NCBI GenBank assembly: GCA_905178155.1
Contig: CAJINV010000009.1
Span: forward strand, 1,110,692 to 1,174,691
Direction of reading: 5' to 3'
Length of the DNA stretch: 64,000 bases
Source of the DNA: Amoebophrya sp. A120
Taxonomy: Eukaryota; Protista; Dinoflagellata
This document shows positions 12,401 to 26,167 of the stretch, piece by piece (positions within the stretch are counted from its first letter, which is position 1; each line of letters begins with the position of its first letter). The position numbers and the translations under genes were made by a program. Under the pieces are notes generated by a model, which was given only the letters and a program-made list of their open reading frames with translations, was not told where the DNA came from and ran no database searches.

Positions 12401-15400
12401 TACTCTTATTGCTCAACCTAACCTCTATTTGTACGTACATCCAAACCTAAGTTAAGTAGAGTGAAACTGGTCTCATTGGCAACGGATTTGTTCACTTTCG
12501 CACTTAAAATTGAAGGGAAACCGAATGGAAAATAAATCGACAAATAAGACGAAGTACTGCAATCTGGACTTCCGCGTGTGCTGCGCTCCTTTTGGCAGGC
12601 GATGATGCCAGAGCGCGTTTGGATGGTGACCATCCTTTATCACCTCGGTCCACTTCTCGCGGATTTGCCCCACGATATCCGTCCACTGCACCCCGGGCGC
12701 CAGCTGAAAGAAGCCTTCGATCGGGATGAAGGCGGACTGCGACGTCTGTACGCCGTTGCGGTACTGGTGCGAAAAGAACCCACTGTCCGCAAATTGAAAC
12801 AAATCGTCCGCCTTTTCCACCACCCGCACCTGCTCGCTTTGGAACAGTTGCCGGGAGCCGAACACTTTGTCGGCGAACACGTGCACCTGCACGATCATCT
12901 CCTTGGTCTCGAGCGGACGACACCCCTGCTTGCTCTGCAGCGGCGGGGTCTGAAACATGGGCAGGCGAAAATTCATGTGCATAAATGGGTTGAAGCTAAA
13001 ATTGGACGAAGAGGTCGGTTGCTCGGACGCGGAGCCGGAACCGGCTGCCCCGATGTGGGAAGTGCCACCATTTGTCCCATGTTGCCCAGTGGCGCTGGGT
13101 CCACCTCCGTGTTCGGGGCAACCCAGGTCGGCGTGGTTCCCCGCGCACGCACAGAAATTTTTGTCGACCTCGATCTGCTCTTCCGTGAGTTCCTCTGACG
13201 CACACAGGTTCACGGTCTCGCTCTTCTGCGGGTCCACCTTGGAGGAAGCTGCTGCTGCACTCCCAGGGGTGCAGGACATCTGGTGCGTGATCTTGGGGAG
13301 AAAAATCGCGATCACCGACTTGGGCACGCCCAACTGGGCAGCGAACAGCTCCTTGATCTCGGTCAGCGACACATGAATTGCCTCCTGCTGGATGGGTCCG
13401 GACTTGTTCTTGCGCTGCTGGTCTTGGTGGTTGCCCGAGGCGGGCGACGCGGTCGATCCGGGCGTCGAGTGCTGGTGGGACGGTCCGTGGAAAACGGTGT
13501 AGTGCACCGCGCCGGCGAACACCGTCCGCGGGCGATTGTGCCGTCCGCCAATCAGCGTCCGCTCGGACTTTTGGTCCACGTGCACCGTCAGCCGCGCCGC
13601 CCGACTGGCGTGTCGCTTGGCTTTCCGTTTGGAGTGCGTCTCCAGTTCCGCGTCGGTCGCTGGTCGCTTTTTCCCGAAGCTCGGAGTGTTTGAGGAGCAG
13701 CCGGAGACCGTTTCTGCGGAAGTCGTTTGCTGCACCGAAGGACTGGATCCCGCATCCAACGGTATTGGTAACATGCGACCGCCGGCTCCCCGTGCACGGC
13801 CGCGCTGGATTGTTTGAGAGTACAACAAATGATCGTTTTTAGTCAACAAGAAAAAGCACTTGCATACAAAAATACAGTTCGTTTCACGCGATTTTTGTGG
13901 GTGAGAAAGCAGTAGTACCCTGCCCTGCGTTGGCAGTGTTCCGAACAACTTGGAGGTCCGTCGCGCGGTAGGCAGTTCCTTGACCGGAGAAGTACTAGCT
14001 CGTCCGCCAGCGTTAGTAGAACTTCTACCTCGGTTATATACAACCGAAGCTTCCGGGTCGTCCGTTCGCTCGCTGGCGTCGTCCCTGAAATCTGGCGACT
14101 GCATGGTCGGCTCCTCAAAATGATCTCCCCCCGGGATATCCTTCAAGGATTCCGCGAGCCGCTGGTAGTCCATCTCATCATCCGACCGAAAATGCTCCTC
14201 TGCCAGGTCGTCGCCGACTGTGCGCGCCGAAGGGGAGCAGCCAGGCACGGCGCGACCGGACGAAGACGAATGGTGCTGCAATTTGTCCTTCAGGTTCAAC
14301 ACAAATTTCCCCTGCACCATGCAGTCCTCATCCCCGTCTGACATCCGGTCTGGATCGCATGCGCCTTCCGAAGACTCCTTGTTTTCACGCGTTACCTGAC
14401 GCGGCGGTCGCACCATGCCGTCGCCTCCGTTTTCAGAAGGACTGCAGGGTCTGAGACCACACTGTTGGAAGGCGCACCTGAATATTGCGTATTGGTCATC
14501 GCTACGTCGAAGCATTCGAGTTGCAGCTGCAGGTGATGAATGGTCACTCTCACTTCAATTTTGCATTATGAAAATTTTCCAAAATCATACATAGATGGAC
14601 AAGCACATATTTACATTTGGTACGAAGCGGTCCAGCAGCGCGCATCCCCTTCTTGGGCCAGTGCCTCACCGAATCTGAAAAATTGCGGCGATAAGTAATC
14701 AACTTGCCTGTCCTCCTGACGGTCGTGTGGGCTGCTACTCTGCTCTGGTGCTCCCTCTCCTCGTCCGCGCGAGCCTTCGTCAAGGCAGTCTGGTTGCGCA
14801 TCCGGTCTCGCGACGAAACTACCCTCGTGTGCTGTCAATCCTGGCAACAACAGTGGCTGTTTTTTAGCTTGTCTCTCCGCTCCTGCGCTGTCCTCGCCCT
14901 TCCGCTCGCGGACGTTTTCCCTTTCGGATTCCGGACTAGCGTGCCGCCTACGTTGGACCTCGCCCGCGACCGCATCGCGCGGTGATCCGTTTCCGAAAAG
15001 CAGTCCGCGCGCTTGGATGAGACTCCCCGGCACCGCCGCTTCGGGGAGTTCCAGTGGTGGCAGATGCGGGACTTGTGGCTCTCTTCCGTCAGCGTCTTCG
15101 TCCTCGTCCATTGTGCTCGTAGCGAGCAAGGGCGAAGATCGCGCGCGGCTAAATACTTCGGGCGATGGGCCGGCCAGAGGAGCACCGCCATTTCGGTCAG
15201 CCGCTCCAGGACCGCTGGCTCCAAGTCCCGCACCCTGCAGAAAGGTTGTGGCCAGTTGGCTCATCGCACTGCACGAGAACGCGTTCCGCGCAAGTTTCCC
15301 GCCCCCTCCGCTGCCGGACGACATTGCGCTGCACTGTCGCCCCCAGAAACTTCCCGTGGCCCCTGGATCTTCTCGAGGGGAAGACAATTGTTCCGGCGAA

Positions 15401-17583
15401 CGCTCGCGCGACACAGCACACTTCTCAAACATCAGGTCGGCTAGTGCGCTTTCGTTTAGCGTGTTATTGCCTCCTGCCGCATCCACCCGTTGTTGTTCCT
15501 CTGCCACAGCTTTGGAGTACGACCCACGAGGGTCTTCTTGTCCTGCGGTTTTGTTCCCACTGGTGTATTGTTGTTCACCTGTTCTGCTGCTCGCGTCGAA
15601 ATCTACAACGTCCGAGGACCCAGCGGGGCTTCTGGAGTTTTGTTGCTGTCCGCTAACTCGGGCGAGCTTGCCCTGCACAGCCATCATCGCCGCCATAACA
15701 CAGCCTCGCTGCGCAGGGGGTATAGGGTCCGGAGCTGGACCTACCAGTGGCGAAATCAGATCGTGGTCTGGCGTGGTAGGAACTCTTACCCGTGCAGCCT
15801 GGTCACTGTGGTCGAAATAGCGCATGTCACTGCGGTTCGGACCTGGTCCTCGGGGCGGAGACCCGGGCGGAGGTCTGATTTTGAAACATCGCTTCGCCTG
15901 AAGTACCTCGTCTACGGCTTCCGGCACTGGAGAGCAGGCCGTCCGCGAGTCTGCCTCATGTTGATCCTCCGGCTGGCCAGCACGCTCATCACGTCGACCA
16001 GAACTAGAAGCGGACGAGTCGGATGCCAGTTGCGGCGGTGATAGGGATGGCGCTTCCACCGGAGAAGCCGACATTGGAATGCCTGATACATGCAGTTGCC
16101 CTGCTTGCGCTATCGAACCTACAGGAGCAGTCGCGTATCCAAGTGGAACTCGAGACGGCACTGGCACCGAAACAGCTCCTCTTTGCCGCGCGGCCGCGTG
16201 GCTGTGCTGCTCCCAGTCGGCGGACATAGGAAACACGCCCGTCGACGTCCTCGAGTGCACCAACCTCCCGGGCGGCGGCGGTGCTCGGACTGTCAAGGAG
16301 CCGCTAGTCGTGCCCACACCCACGCTCGCTCGTGCGGACAAGGGCTGCTGCAGTTGAGGCGCGCCGGCGTGTGCACCTGCTAGAAAAGTTCCGCCAGATG
16401 GCTGCGACGCAGAAGCATAGAGCACGCGATTCGGGGGTGAGATGCTGTCAGTGACGATCCGCCTGCCCTGTTGCTGCTGTTGCGCGCCGCTCGAAGTGAA
16501 ACTTAAATTCATCAAAAAAGCACCATCAGAACTGCCTGTAGCGGCAGCTGGAGCTCCAGTTGCGGGATTCGTAGCAAAGCCTCCCGTCGTGGTTGCAACC
16601 ACCGCGAACTGCGGATGCGGCGCACCTACCAATGGTGGTGGTGGCGTAATGGACCGATTGCTCGCGATTCCCGACCCTGCGGGCGTGACCGACGCCGGCG
16701 CGCCAAGAGAGAATGGCGGTGGCTGCAACCGCGGTGGCCCTTGGTGCTCGACTTGGACAAAACCACGGCCGTGAGTCTTTGGCACTCCGGACCCATCCAA
16801 AACCGGCACCGAGACCATCCGTTGCAGCACAGCACCCGTGTGAGGCAGCTGCGCGCTCGGTCCTAGCACCGGCGTCGTCGCCACCGTCCCCGGGTTGCTG
16901 TGAATTTGCTGTTGACTCAGGCTCGCGGCCAAAGCCGCAGCTGCGTGCGGGTGCTGCTGGCCGTGCTGGTGCGCAAGCCCGCCTGCCGTTGTATGCAGCG
17001 GCTGGCTGCCGATGCTGCCTGAGGAGGCAGGACTGGTCGGTTGCTGGCTGGGAGAGAGACTTGCGCCCAGAACCGGAGTTCCGTTCTCCGATACCGGTAC
17101 TGGTGTGTGTTGGGCCGACAGGACGTGTTGCTGTAACATTGCGCGCATCTGGGGCGAAAGCGTTGCGGGCCAGGTGGAAGCTACCGAGATCGATCCAGCG
17201 CTCGGGGCAGTGGCAGCAGCGACCGCAGTAAGGGGCTGCGTGTGCCCGCTCGACCTGGCTGACAGCGGTGCTCCTCCTGATTGCGCCGCGGCTAGTCCTC
17301 CTACACTTGTTGCGGTGCTGCTCGGCGTGATGGAAAGATGCAGCGAGCTTGTCGCCGCGGACCTACTCATCACCTGCTGCCCCGACGTGGTTGCCATCTG
17401 GGTCGTCCCATGGTGCTGCTGGTGTGCCGTCGCTTGCTGCTGCAGTGGCCGCAACGTCGTGCTCGATTTCTGCAGCTGCAGGCCGGGGACGACTTGCACC
17501 AAACCCTCCTGCAGCAAGGTCGCTGCCACGATCTGGAGTACCAACACCATGTTCGGTCTACCGAAGGTGATGATACTCACCAT
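9490..17583 (-). CDS. Very large (about 2300 aa) low-complexity S/A/P/Q-rich hypothetical protein
   Basis: ORFs 14611..17583, 12473..14515, 10811..12256 and 9941..10507 join in frame. GT-AG introns at 14478..14623, 13805..13918, 12300..12557, 9796..9958 and 9580..9735, plus one inverted-repeat intron near 10549..10833. Could be more than one gene. Confidence 0.55.
10554..10833. mobile_element. Decayed inverted-repeat intron element (introner-like)
   Basis: Ends TATGCGAGGAAAAAAG and revcomp TAGGCAAGGGAAAAAG match at 13/16. Removing the element plus 5 nt gives CGT CCA A|CC GGT TCC in frame. The direct repeat is degenerate (TCCAA/GCACA). Confidence 0.6.
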
Positions 17584-20500
17584 CGTAGTTCTTCTTTCTC
17601 ATCAAAAAGCAACGACCGGCGCCAGCCCCCTGGCATCCAAATCCTCGGTGCACGCGTGCGCCACTTTGGCCAAGCGCGCTGCGAAAATATATCTTCCTCA
17701 GTAGCCTGGTCTCGCGACCCGCAGATTATAAAATGAAGCTCCTGGTGTGTTAGGTGTCCTCGCACGTGCGTCTTCTACCGCAGCGCTGTAGGCCTTGTCA
17801 CCTCCGCTTTTCCCTCGATGTCGTCTGCAATTTCGACACCCTCGCGAGAGAAGAAAGAGCATCGATTACGGTCGTGCCTTTATCCGTGTAGAATAACCAC
17901 ATTTGTGAAAAATAGGTGAATATTTTTCAAAATCTGATGGTTAGGTAAGGTAAGTCGCAACACACGGGCGTACAACGAGATTATGTAGCTTTAACTCCCC
18001 AGCCCATTGGGCTACAAGTAAAAAACTATAGACTATTCTTGAATGTGCGTTACCTTTACTGGCAACAGAGGCAATCAAACCTTTCTCTCCCTGGAGACCA
18101 AGGAGGGCCGCTTCACTATTCCTTATCTTTTACCTCTTGTTGCCAAAACAAATTTCACACAGAAAGGCTATCTAATGTAAAAGTATTCTACGTAAAAGAT
18201 TAAATATCCACAAACACAATCCTAAACTACAGCAACTCTTTTTACATTTCGTACAAACAAAAGTTTCATTTTCCAAAAAAGTAGTTTGCCAAACGGACTG
18301 CAGAAAAGCGTCCGGCAACAGGGATAGACAAAAAGTAACGACGGACCAAAAACAAAAGTTGTACTATTAAAGAACTACTAGAACTGTATTACCTGCGCTC
18401 CAACTTTACCAAATACGGAATACCTGAAAAACGTACTTATCTATACTACAGCCGGGGTGCCCACTGCGCACCACGCAAATTTGCTACCTTCCTCCTGGAA
18501 CGCGGTCCTCTCACGGCGAGCTACCATTGCTTGCTACATCTGCGAGCTAATTAATTTTGGTGGTGAGTGTATTCAAAACAAAAAAATCGAAGCAGATTGT
18601 TCCGCACTGGCGAAGTATCACCAGCCACAAAAAATTGTGATTGAAATAATCCGTCGTGGAAACAGTTTGCTTAGACGTTTGGAGTGCTGACAGGGAAACC
18701 GCGATCGCAATCGGAAAAGGTGTTCTGTCAAACCGAAGTTGGTACTACGAGTAACTTATGTTGTGTCTATTGGTATTTTTACGTAAATGTGACGTGGCAC
18801 GAAGTCGAGAAAAGGGAGTGGCTCTTGAAGAATAGAATCTTCACCAATACTAGCTTTCCCACACGCAGACTCAGCGAAAAAGGGAAACTCGAGAAAGAAA
18901 ACGAAGACATACGCACTAGGATAAATGTAACAATCGCGGTTGTACTTTTTCAATACGATAGTTCTTTCTAGTCACGGCGTTGCTGTAGCTTTCTACGAAA
19001 TGTCTTTATTCTGATAGTGGCACACCAGCACCCTTCCTGCACTTCAGTATGTATGTATAGCCAAAGTACAGAACAGATGCGGAAGTCACTCACACTTGCC
19101 TTGCTTCCCGTTCATATCTCAAGGTAAGAGGTTGTTAGCATATGCTGGGCCGTGTCGAAACAAACTGAAACGCAGAAAAGACTTGCCTTTCCTATCCTGC
19201 AAGCAGTTCCGCTGTCGCAGTGCTCCACGTCACGCCGCCCCAGCAGGATACGATAAATCTATCTCCTACTGCATCAGTGGCAATAAAAGGATGTTCGTAA
19301 TTGGCTACAACAATCAGCTGCGTCGACGTCAACCAAAGTTAACGACATAAATAGCTCAAAAGTTTGTTGAAAGGAGGGGGGAAGAGGGGGATAGTGAAGC
19401 TCAACTAGTGATGGGGTAGTCATTAAACTTACTTTAACTAGGTGCTGTCAACAGACGAAACCCGAAATAAACGTGCGTCACAAGGTGGAATTCCGCTTCA
19501 TTAAGGGTTCGCTTCCTTGTTCTTTCTTAACCCATAACTTTCTAGTGTGACCCTATTGAAAATCTGGACGTGGACCCCTAGAATTACTATGTCATCTACC
19601 ACTACCTCTGTCTCTATTTACAAGAACAACTCTACTGGTATTAATTAAAAACTGTTTCAGTTTTTTCGGTCGCCTGTTCATTTAGGTTCGCTGCTGGGTT
19701 GTTCGTTGGTTCATTGTCATTCGTAATGTCGAATGGAGCGATAAAGTAGTGGCTTGTGGGAGTTTGGATTGCCTATCGAGCTTCGCGCTTGTCTTTATCC
19801 TTGTTCACGACTGTTGTTCGGGCTCGGACCGCAAGAGGAAAGATGACGTTCGACGATTGATGTAGGGACCGCTGCTTTTCGAAGATCGTCCTTTGTACTC
19901 TACTACAGAGCGTAGGACATTCAGTCTGCTATACCTAGTTCCAAGAAAGCTCTAGGCTGTCGTGATTCTGTTTCAGTCTGCGAGTTGTGCGAGGAAAGTT
20001 CATAAAGGTCTGACAATACATAATGTAAGTTTCGTTACCTCTTTCTCCATCTAGTTTTTATTCGTTCCACAACACACCACCAGCACGCACTCAAGCATTT
20101 CCAAGTGCGTACTCTGTTGATGTTGACGAGCTCACACTTCCTATCGTTTCATTGTGAATGATGGTAGATTCCACAAGATCAGCCATGAACTGGCGCCGCT
20201 ATCAACAAGAAGGCGCCTTAGTAACCGTTGTACTAGTAGATCTCTTGTAGTAAAACTTACCAGCCGACTATAACGCTTAAGAATCGCAAGAACTTCACTG
20301 CAAAAAACTGCTTGTTAGTTCAGTTTTCTTCGCATTTTGGAATCATTGACTTTTACGTAAGTAAGTATTTCTTCGCCACACAAAAACAGATTGCTGCAGC
20401 TACATGGATTGACGAACATCGCAAAAATAACCAAACAGGATCTCAAACACAAGATCTGAGTTGATCTCCGTATCCCTGCTGCGTAGTCGTACGTGCTTGC

Positions 20501-21055
20501 TGTGCTGAAATTACCTGCATTACTTGGCTAGACGCAGATCTCAAATCAATGACCTATTACGTACGTTCCAATCCTCTCGTGTATGTTGCGAAACCATGAT
20601 CCGAGACAGAGCAACAAAAGGAACGCCTCTGTCAAACTGAAAAATCGGAAAAGAAAGAACACGAATCTGAGTGTAGTTGCTTGACTGATCCTCCACACAA
20701 GAAGAACTCCATGACGCGTGTATCTTTTTCCGGCTGCTACTTTAGGGAACACTTCCAGAAACTATGGACATGAAGGGCAGCGCCCAGGGACATGACAGCA
20801 AAGCTTGTACTTCCTCACGAGCGGTGGAATTGTTTCATTTTCTACTCCTGCGCAATAATCCACTTCATGTTCATGCTCAGATCGACGATGGATTCCCGGG
20901 CGCCCGTGCCTCTCCCAGTAGCGGAGGCGAAGTTGTGGTGCTGGGATCGCAGTAAATGATAGCGATCACCTATCACAGACCACACAGCAGGTGAAGACGG
21001 AAATTCAATTTATTGCATACTTCCATCTACCACAACGATTCCCTCCCTGCAAATA

Positions 21056-24000
21056 TCAATCTTCAAACTCGCCCTCAGTTCCCGAACTTGCGGGGACTTC
21101 GATTTTCCAAAGCTTGTCACCTAGCAGAGACTCGTCCTCGTCGAAGAAGTTCCCAATATCCGAGTCATCGTCCGCATAGTTTTCAGTACTACTTCTTCTC
21201 CGCCGCCGTACTACATTCCCGTCGTCGTCCAGGATCTCCTCTTCTTCACTGCTGCCCTGAAGCAAGAACTCCGGGTCGCCAATCTCGGGCGCCAGGCGCG
21301 GAAGCCAGTCGCGTTCCTCGATCTTCTCTAGGACCTCGGACTGCTCTTCCCCGCAGAATAGCAAGTGCTCACACACCTGGTCGGGCCGGTTCAGATCCCC
21401 GGAGGCCTTGCGAATCTCGCCCACGAAAATCGGCGTCTTAGGTTATCCATGGGAAAATACAGTGGGTCATCCCGAACACGAAAAACAAAAAACCGAAGAT
21501 ATGAAATATGTATTCATAACCAACGGATGCAAAGACATGAAACAACATCTGCAACATCAGGACGTCTTTCTATCTTCTGCCTCCCGCGAGAGTAAGTTGC
21601 TGCAAGACTCTGATTTAGGTTTGTCGTGCCGGACTACAACCTTTTGCTTTCGAGGATACATCTAGAAATATCTCCATGATGCGACATCCGCGGTTGGCGT
21701 GTAGTCGCGACCTGCGTGTTGCGGTGGAGGTGGCATCATCTTCAAACGAAAACTCTAAAATCAAATCTCCGGCAACAGTTGAAGGCATACTTGAAATCAG
21801 ATCACTCACTTCAATCAAAACACCAGAGGTCATGCCAAAAAACATCACGAAGAGATGAAGGAGAAGCAGTTTTGTATGTACTTGTTGTAATTCCAGATGC
21901 GGATCATGCTGACGCATTTCTCCTCCAGAAGGTCCACCATCACGGTGTGGGGCTTGCCGCAGCGAAAGGGCGCCAGCCAGACGTGAAAGTCGTCCCGCGT
22001 CAAATTCACCTGGTCGAAGAGTTTGTCGGGCGTCCGGGGGTCCAGCACTTGTCCACTGTTCGGCCCGTGCAACACGTTCACACTGTCGGGCTCCGCACTT
22101 ACCTGATTTTCCACGTCCGGGAGGACCACGAGCTCGCCCTTATCATCAAAGATCTCGATTCCAGCCAGCCCCACAAAGTCCGGATCGCCCCAGGTGGATG
22201 CGCAGTTGAAGACCAAGAGTTTTCCCCGAGGCAACGTCGGCATCACAAGGGGGATCGCGGGTCGAGGATTCATAGCCGTTGTTGTATTTTGCGCAGTACT
22301 AGTGACCCCCGGGCTGCTTTCTACTACTTCTGCCTCCGAGTTCGGCGCGGTATCTGTGTAGTACTCCGGCGGCAGCAGGGAAGCACCGACACAGTTGTGG
22401 TCGATGGCCGAACCGTCGTAGTAGCTCCCTGCCACAGCGGAGTCATTGGCCAAGTAGTAGTCCGCCATGGCGTTCGGCGGGGAGGGGAGAATGCCCGGCT
22501 CTCCGCACTTCTCGGCCTCAACACGCAAATGCTTGAAGTCCTCGTCCTCGCTGCTGCTAGACGCGCTGCTCTTCGGTACGCCTGCCCGCTGCAGCGCAGC
22601 AGCTGGCAATGCGCCACCTGCTCCTTGCTGGAGCTGCTCGCGTCGAGAGGGCCGAGCGTCGGGTACGACAAGCGGGGGGTTGCCTTCGCTGAAATTAGTG
22701 CCTGTGTTTGAGGCGTTTGCGGCAAACGAGGGATCGTAGAGCAAAGCTTCGTGATCGTCCACCGTGGGCATGGAATTACCAGTTCCTTCTTCATTCTCCG
22801 CTTCGTTCTCAATTTCGTCGAACCCAAAGTCGTATGCTGCTCTTTTGTTTCCGTCCCCACCACCCGCTCCCCGCAACGGCTCGAAAAACTTCCGACTTGC
22901 GGACTTCTCCAAAGCGTCAAAGCTCGCAAGCATGGACTGCTGGTGGCGATTTTGGGTCTTCTTATTCGAAGCTACCGGCGAGGAAGTTGTGCTGCGAGAA
23001 GGGGCAGCCGCAGAGATGGAGAGGGTGTTGGCATTCGATCGATGCTTCTTCTGCTGTTCCTTGTCAAGAAGTTTGTCTTCCTGTTGCCGTGCGGAGGTTG
23101 CGGGAGTGGCCCGTGATACGCCCTCGATCAGCATCGGCACGGGCTGCTCGGTCTCGTAGACAGTCGCGTCACTCGAATTCGGGTCACTAGAGACGAGGTG
23201 GTCGCTTTTTTTATTAACTTCAGGTTGAATGTGCTGGTGCACTGCCAGACTGTACACCTGCTCTCCACTCGCAGCGGGTATGCCGCGGACGCGCGCGTGC
23301 AAGACATCACCCTCGGCAGTGAGCAGATTCCCGCCGGTTGCCCCGCTGAATTGCTCAGTGACGATCGTGGCAGAGACGTCCGCGTCGCACAGCGCTAGAA
23401 TCGCAGAACTGCTATTTTCCAGCGCGATGCAATACGAGTCGTCGGAAGTAGAAGTGTGGCCATTTGATGTCGTGGCTTCAGGAAGGTCTGCTTCGAATCG
23501 GAGAACGAAGCTCCCAGTTGCTGCAGCGGTCTTTCCACTCCAAGATGACAGTAGCGTTGTGCTAGCCGTCTTCGAAGTTGTTCTCCTCCTGAACAGCCTA
23601 TGCAGTGTCTTTCCACCTTCCGTCAATCCGGTCGCCTGGATGGTTTGCGGCCGGACACGACACACCTTCCTCTTCTCGTCGCTGCTAGTACAACGACCCC
23701 CACTGCTGGTGCGATAAACTTTCACCCCTTTCAGCTCGCATGCGTAGCCGGATTGGCTGTGGTTGCACAAGACTGCAAGTTTGACCTGCAGTCTTCGCTT
23801 CGAACCCACACTGTCGGGCTCGTCCTCTTCATCGTCAGAATTTTTCGTTTTCAGCTTCTCGCCCTCCTCCGCCATGTCGTTTTTCTCCTCGTCATTCGCC
23901 CCGACCCCGCCACCGTGCGTCCGGCCTCCGGGATTCGCACCGTCCTCCGGGCCAATCGTGCCCGATCCGGAACTTCCGTTCTGCTCCCTTCCGTAGCTCC

Positions 24001-26167
24001 CGTCATCCGCTGCTATCGGCACTACGGCATCCGGCTCCGCGTTCTTGCTACCCCCAACACGGCTCAGACACGATCCGTACTCGGTCGATCCCGGAGGTTC
24101 TGCACTGTTTTCGTCGTCCCCGTTTTGTTCATGCGGAACAACTTGGTCGTCTTTCGGCTTCATCTCATCATCTCCAGCACGATTCCAAGTCCACTTCTGC
24201 TCGACGACTTCTTGATTGTTTTCCTGCATAATCCGCGGCAGGTCCCACCAGTGGTCGAGAAGCTGCTCCAGCGCACGTTGCTTTTCCTCATCCAATTCTT
24301 GAATGCGCTGAATCAGACTGTCCGTCTGTTGACTGCTGGTCGACCAAGTGCGCATCCGCGGGGTTTCCTGACAGTCGTGTTCTCCCGCGGAGAGTCCTGG
24401 AGCATGTTGTTTCTCGTCGTTTACGTCGTTGGGATGACCTCCTGTGAGTTGACAATCACCACTGGGAACCGGGACGACGGGAACCGGGAAATAATGATCT
24501 CCTGCATTTGTACGAACTGCGACAGTCGATCCGGAACTTGTGTTCGCGTCGCAGCTCGTCGAGACGATCTCCGTGTACTCCACGTGCACTTGGCTCATTC
24601 GGCTCCGTGGGCGCGAGCTCACTGCGGAAGGTGGCCGGAACCTCTCGGCCGTCCGGTCGTCGATCGGTAAGCGCGGTTCGGTCGTTTGCAGACACTTCTG
24701 GCCTGCACGACTCGTAGATGACACGACCGGCACAGCAACCTTGTTCATCTCTGGGGGCTCAACTTGCACATCCACACTTGTTCTCCTACTGGCGACCGCG
24801 GACGGGGGCCGCAGGGCTTCTGCAGCTGAGGCACTGACGGGCAGTCGCGATTGCGTCACTTCGCCGTGGACCGAGCGCTTGCGCTCTTGCGCCATGGCAG
24901 CCTGGTTTTCCGCGGCCATGGCCGCAGCAATCGCAGAGAAATTTGTGTCTTTTGGTTCTACGTCCTTGGTTTGTTCCGCTTGGTCGTTTGCGTGCTGTCC
25001 AGCACCAACGGCGCTAGATTCTTGAATGATGCCTCCCTTTCGCGCACTGCATCCAGCTCCCGTGGAAGGAAGGAACTCAAAGGAGTTCCCCATCAGCACC
25101 TGTTCGTCGTCCGTCTCGTCCGCACCGGCCCGGCCGCCGTAATACGGCTTCCGCGTGCTGTCTCTTCTCAAGTCGTCCAGGCCGAAGTCCTCCTCTTCTC
25201 GAGCGATGGCTCTCTTGTCCACGGTCGTCGGAGAGGGTACGGATCCGGCTGCCCCCTGGGGCTGGTGTCCCCCAATAGTCGGTAAGTTCGACCTCGACAA
25301 GCGCAGACTGGCACGCACCTTTTCCAGCGCTTCCGTCGGTGCGGTTTCCAGCATTGTTAACACGTTGACGACGTCATCCGATACCGCTTTTTCGTGCTGT
25401 GTTCGTCCCCCGGACGTTGGGGACATTGACATCTTTGCTTCGTTTGGGGACGATTCTTGCCCAAGTTCTTCGTCGTAGTCCTCTTCGTCCGGCACAATAG
25501 GAAGGTGAAGAACGTGGTGAGCGCTATTGCTAGTACTTCTGTAGTGCCCGTCTTGTGTAGTTTCCGGATCAACCGAAACTTGTTCTCCAAACGGCGATAA
25601 CTTGATCAGCCTGCCGTCCTCCGCGCGCAGCTCGACTGTTTCCTTTTTCCAGGACTTCGGCGCCGTAGCCGTTTTTGCTTGCTGCTGTGGGATTATACTA
25701 TTTGCGTTCATCTGTGGTGTCGTTGACGCGACAAAATTTGGGACAAAGTGCCTGGCGGTGCTGGAGCTACTGGCTGCGGCACTCGCGCCGGTAATCACGG
25801 ATTGCGGATGGTGCGGTGCTACGGATTGACTTGCGGGACCGAGAAGCGCACTCTGCCCCACAACGCCAAAGGCACGATTGGGCCTCGTGCGGTTATGCTG
25901 CATCTGGATTTGCTTGTTGCGATGCAGCAACCTCTCCTCGTTGGCCCCGTTGATGTGCGTCTGGAATCCCTGTTCGCGCTTTCGCACGAGCTCTTCCTTC
26001 CGCTTCCGGCGCTCAAGGGAGAGCTGGATTTTCTGGCGCTCCGCGACGAGTTTCCCAAAGAGAAAGTCGTCGCCCGGTGAGACGGGTGGGCCATCGTGGC
26101 CTGTGCCCAACTCCGGGTGCATCGGAAGATGTACTGCGGCGGTGGAGTTACACGCGTCCGTTGTCAT
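21056..26167 (-). CDS. KATNIP: KATNIP/KIAA0556-like ciliary protein (DUF4457) with a long low-complexity N-terminal region
   Basis: C-terminal PTLPRGKLLVFNCASTWGDPDFVGLAGIEIFD...PRTPDKLFDQVNLTRDDFHVWLAPF...SMIRIWNYNK|SRLHANRGCRIMEIFLD|..PIFVGEIRKASG is the DUF4457 signature. Introns start at 21881 and about 21659. 3' end uncertain. Confidence 0.8.
21444..21658. mobile_element. Possible old inverted-repeat intron element in KATNIP (also readable as GT..AG)
   Basis: Ends TATCCATGGGAAAA / revcomp TATCCTCGAAAGCA. The 5-nt excision geometry gives LD(E/K)TPIF in frame; the canonical GT..TAAG reading gives LDTPIF. Confidence 0.35.

Noticed and set aside
14550-14801. Separate overlapping gene in ORF 14550..14801
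   Set aside because: The 990-aa frame splices in phase to the next ORF through GT-AG intron 14478..14623, so the alternative frame is not needed.
17800-20700. RNA gene or mobile element in the 3-kb ORF-poor gap
   Set aside because: No tRNA, rRNA or snRNA motif, terminal repeat or coding signal was recognisable by eye. An Infernal/Rfam scan would be needed.
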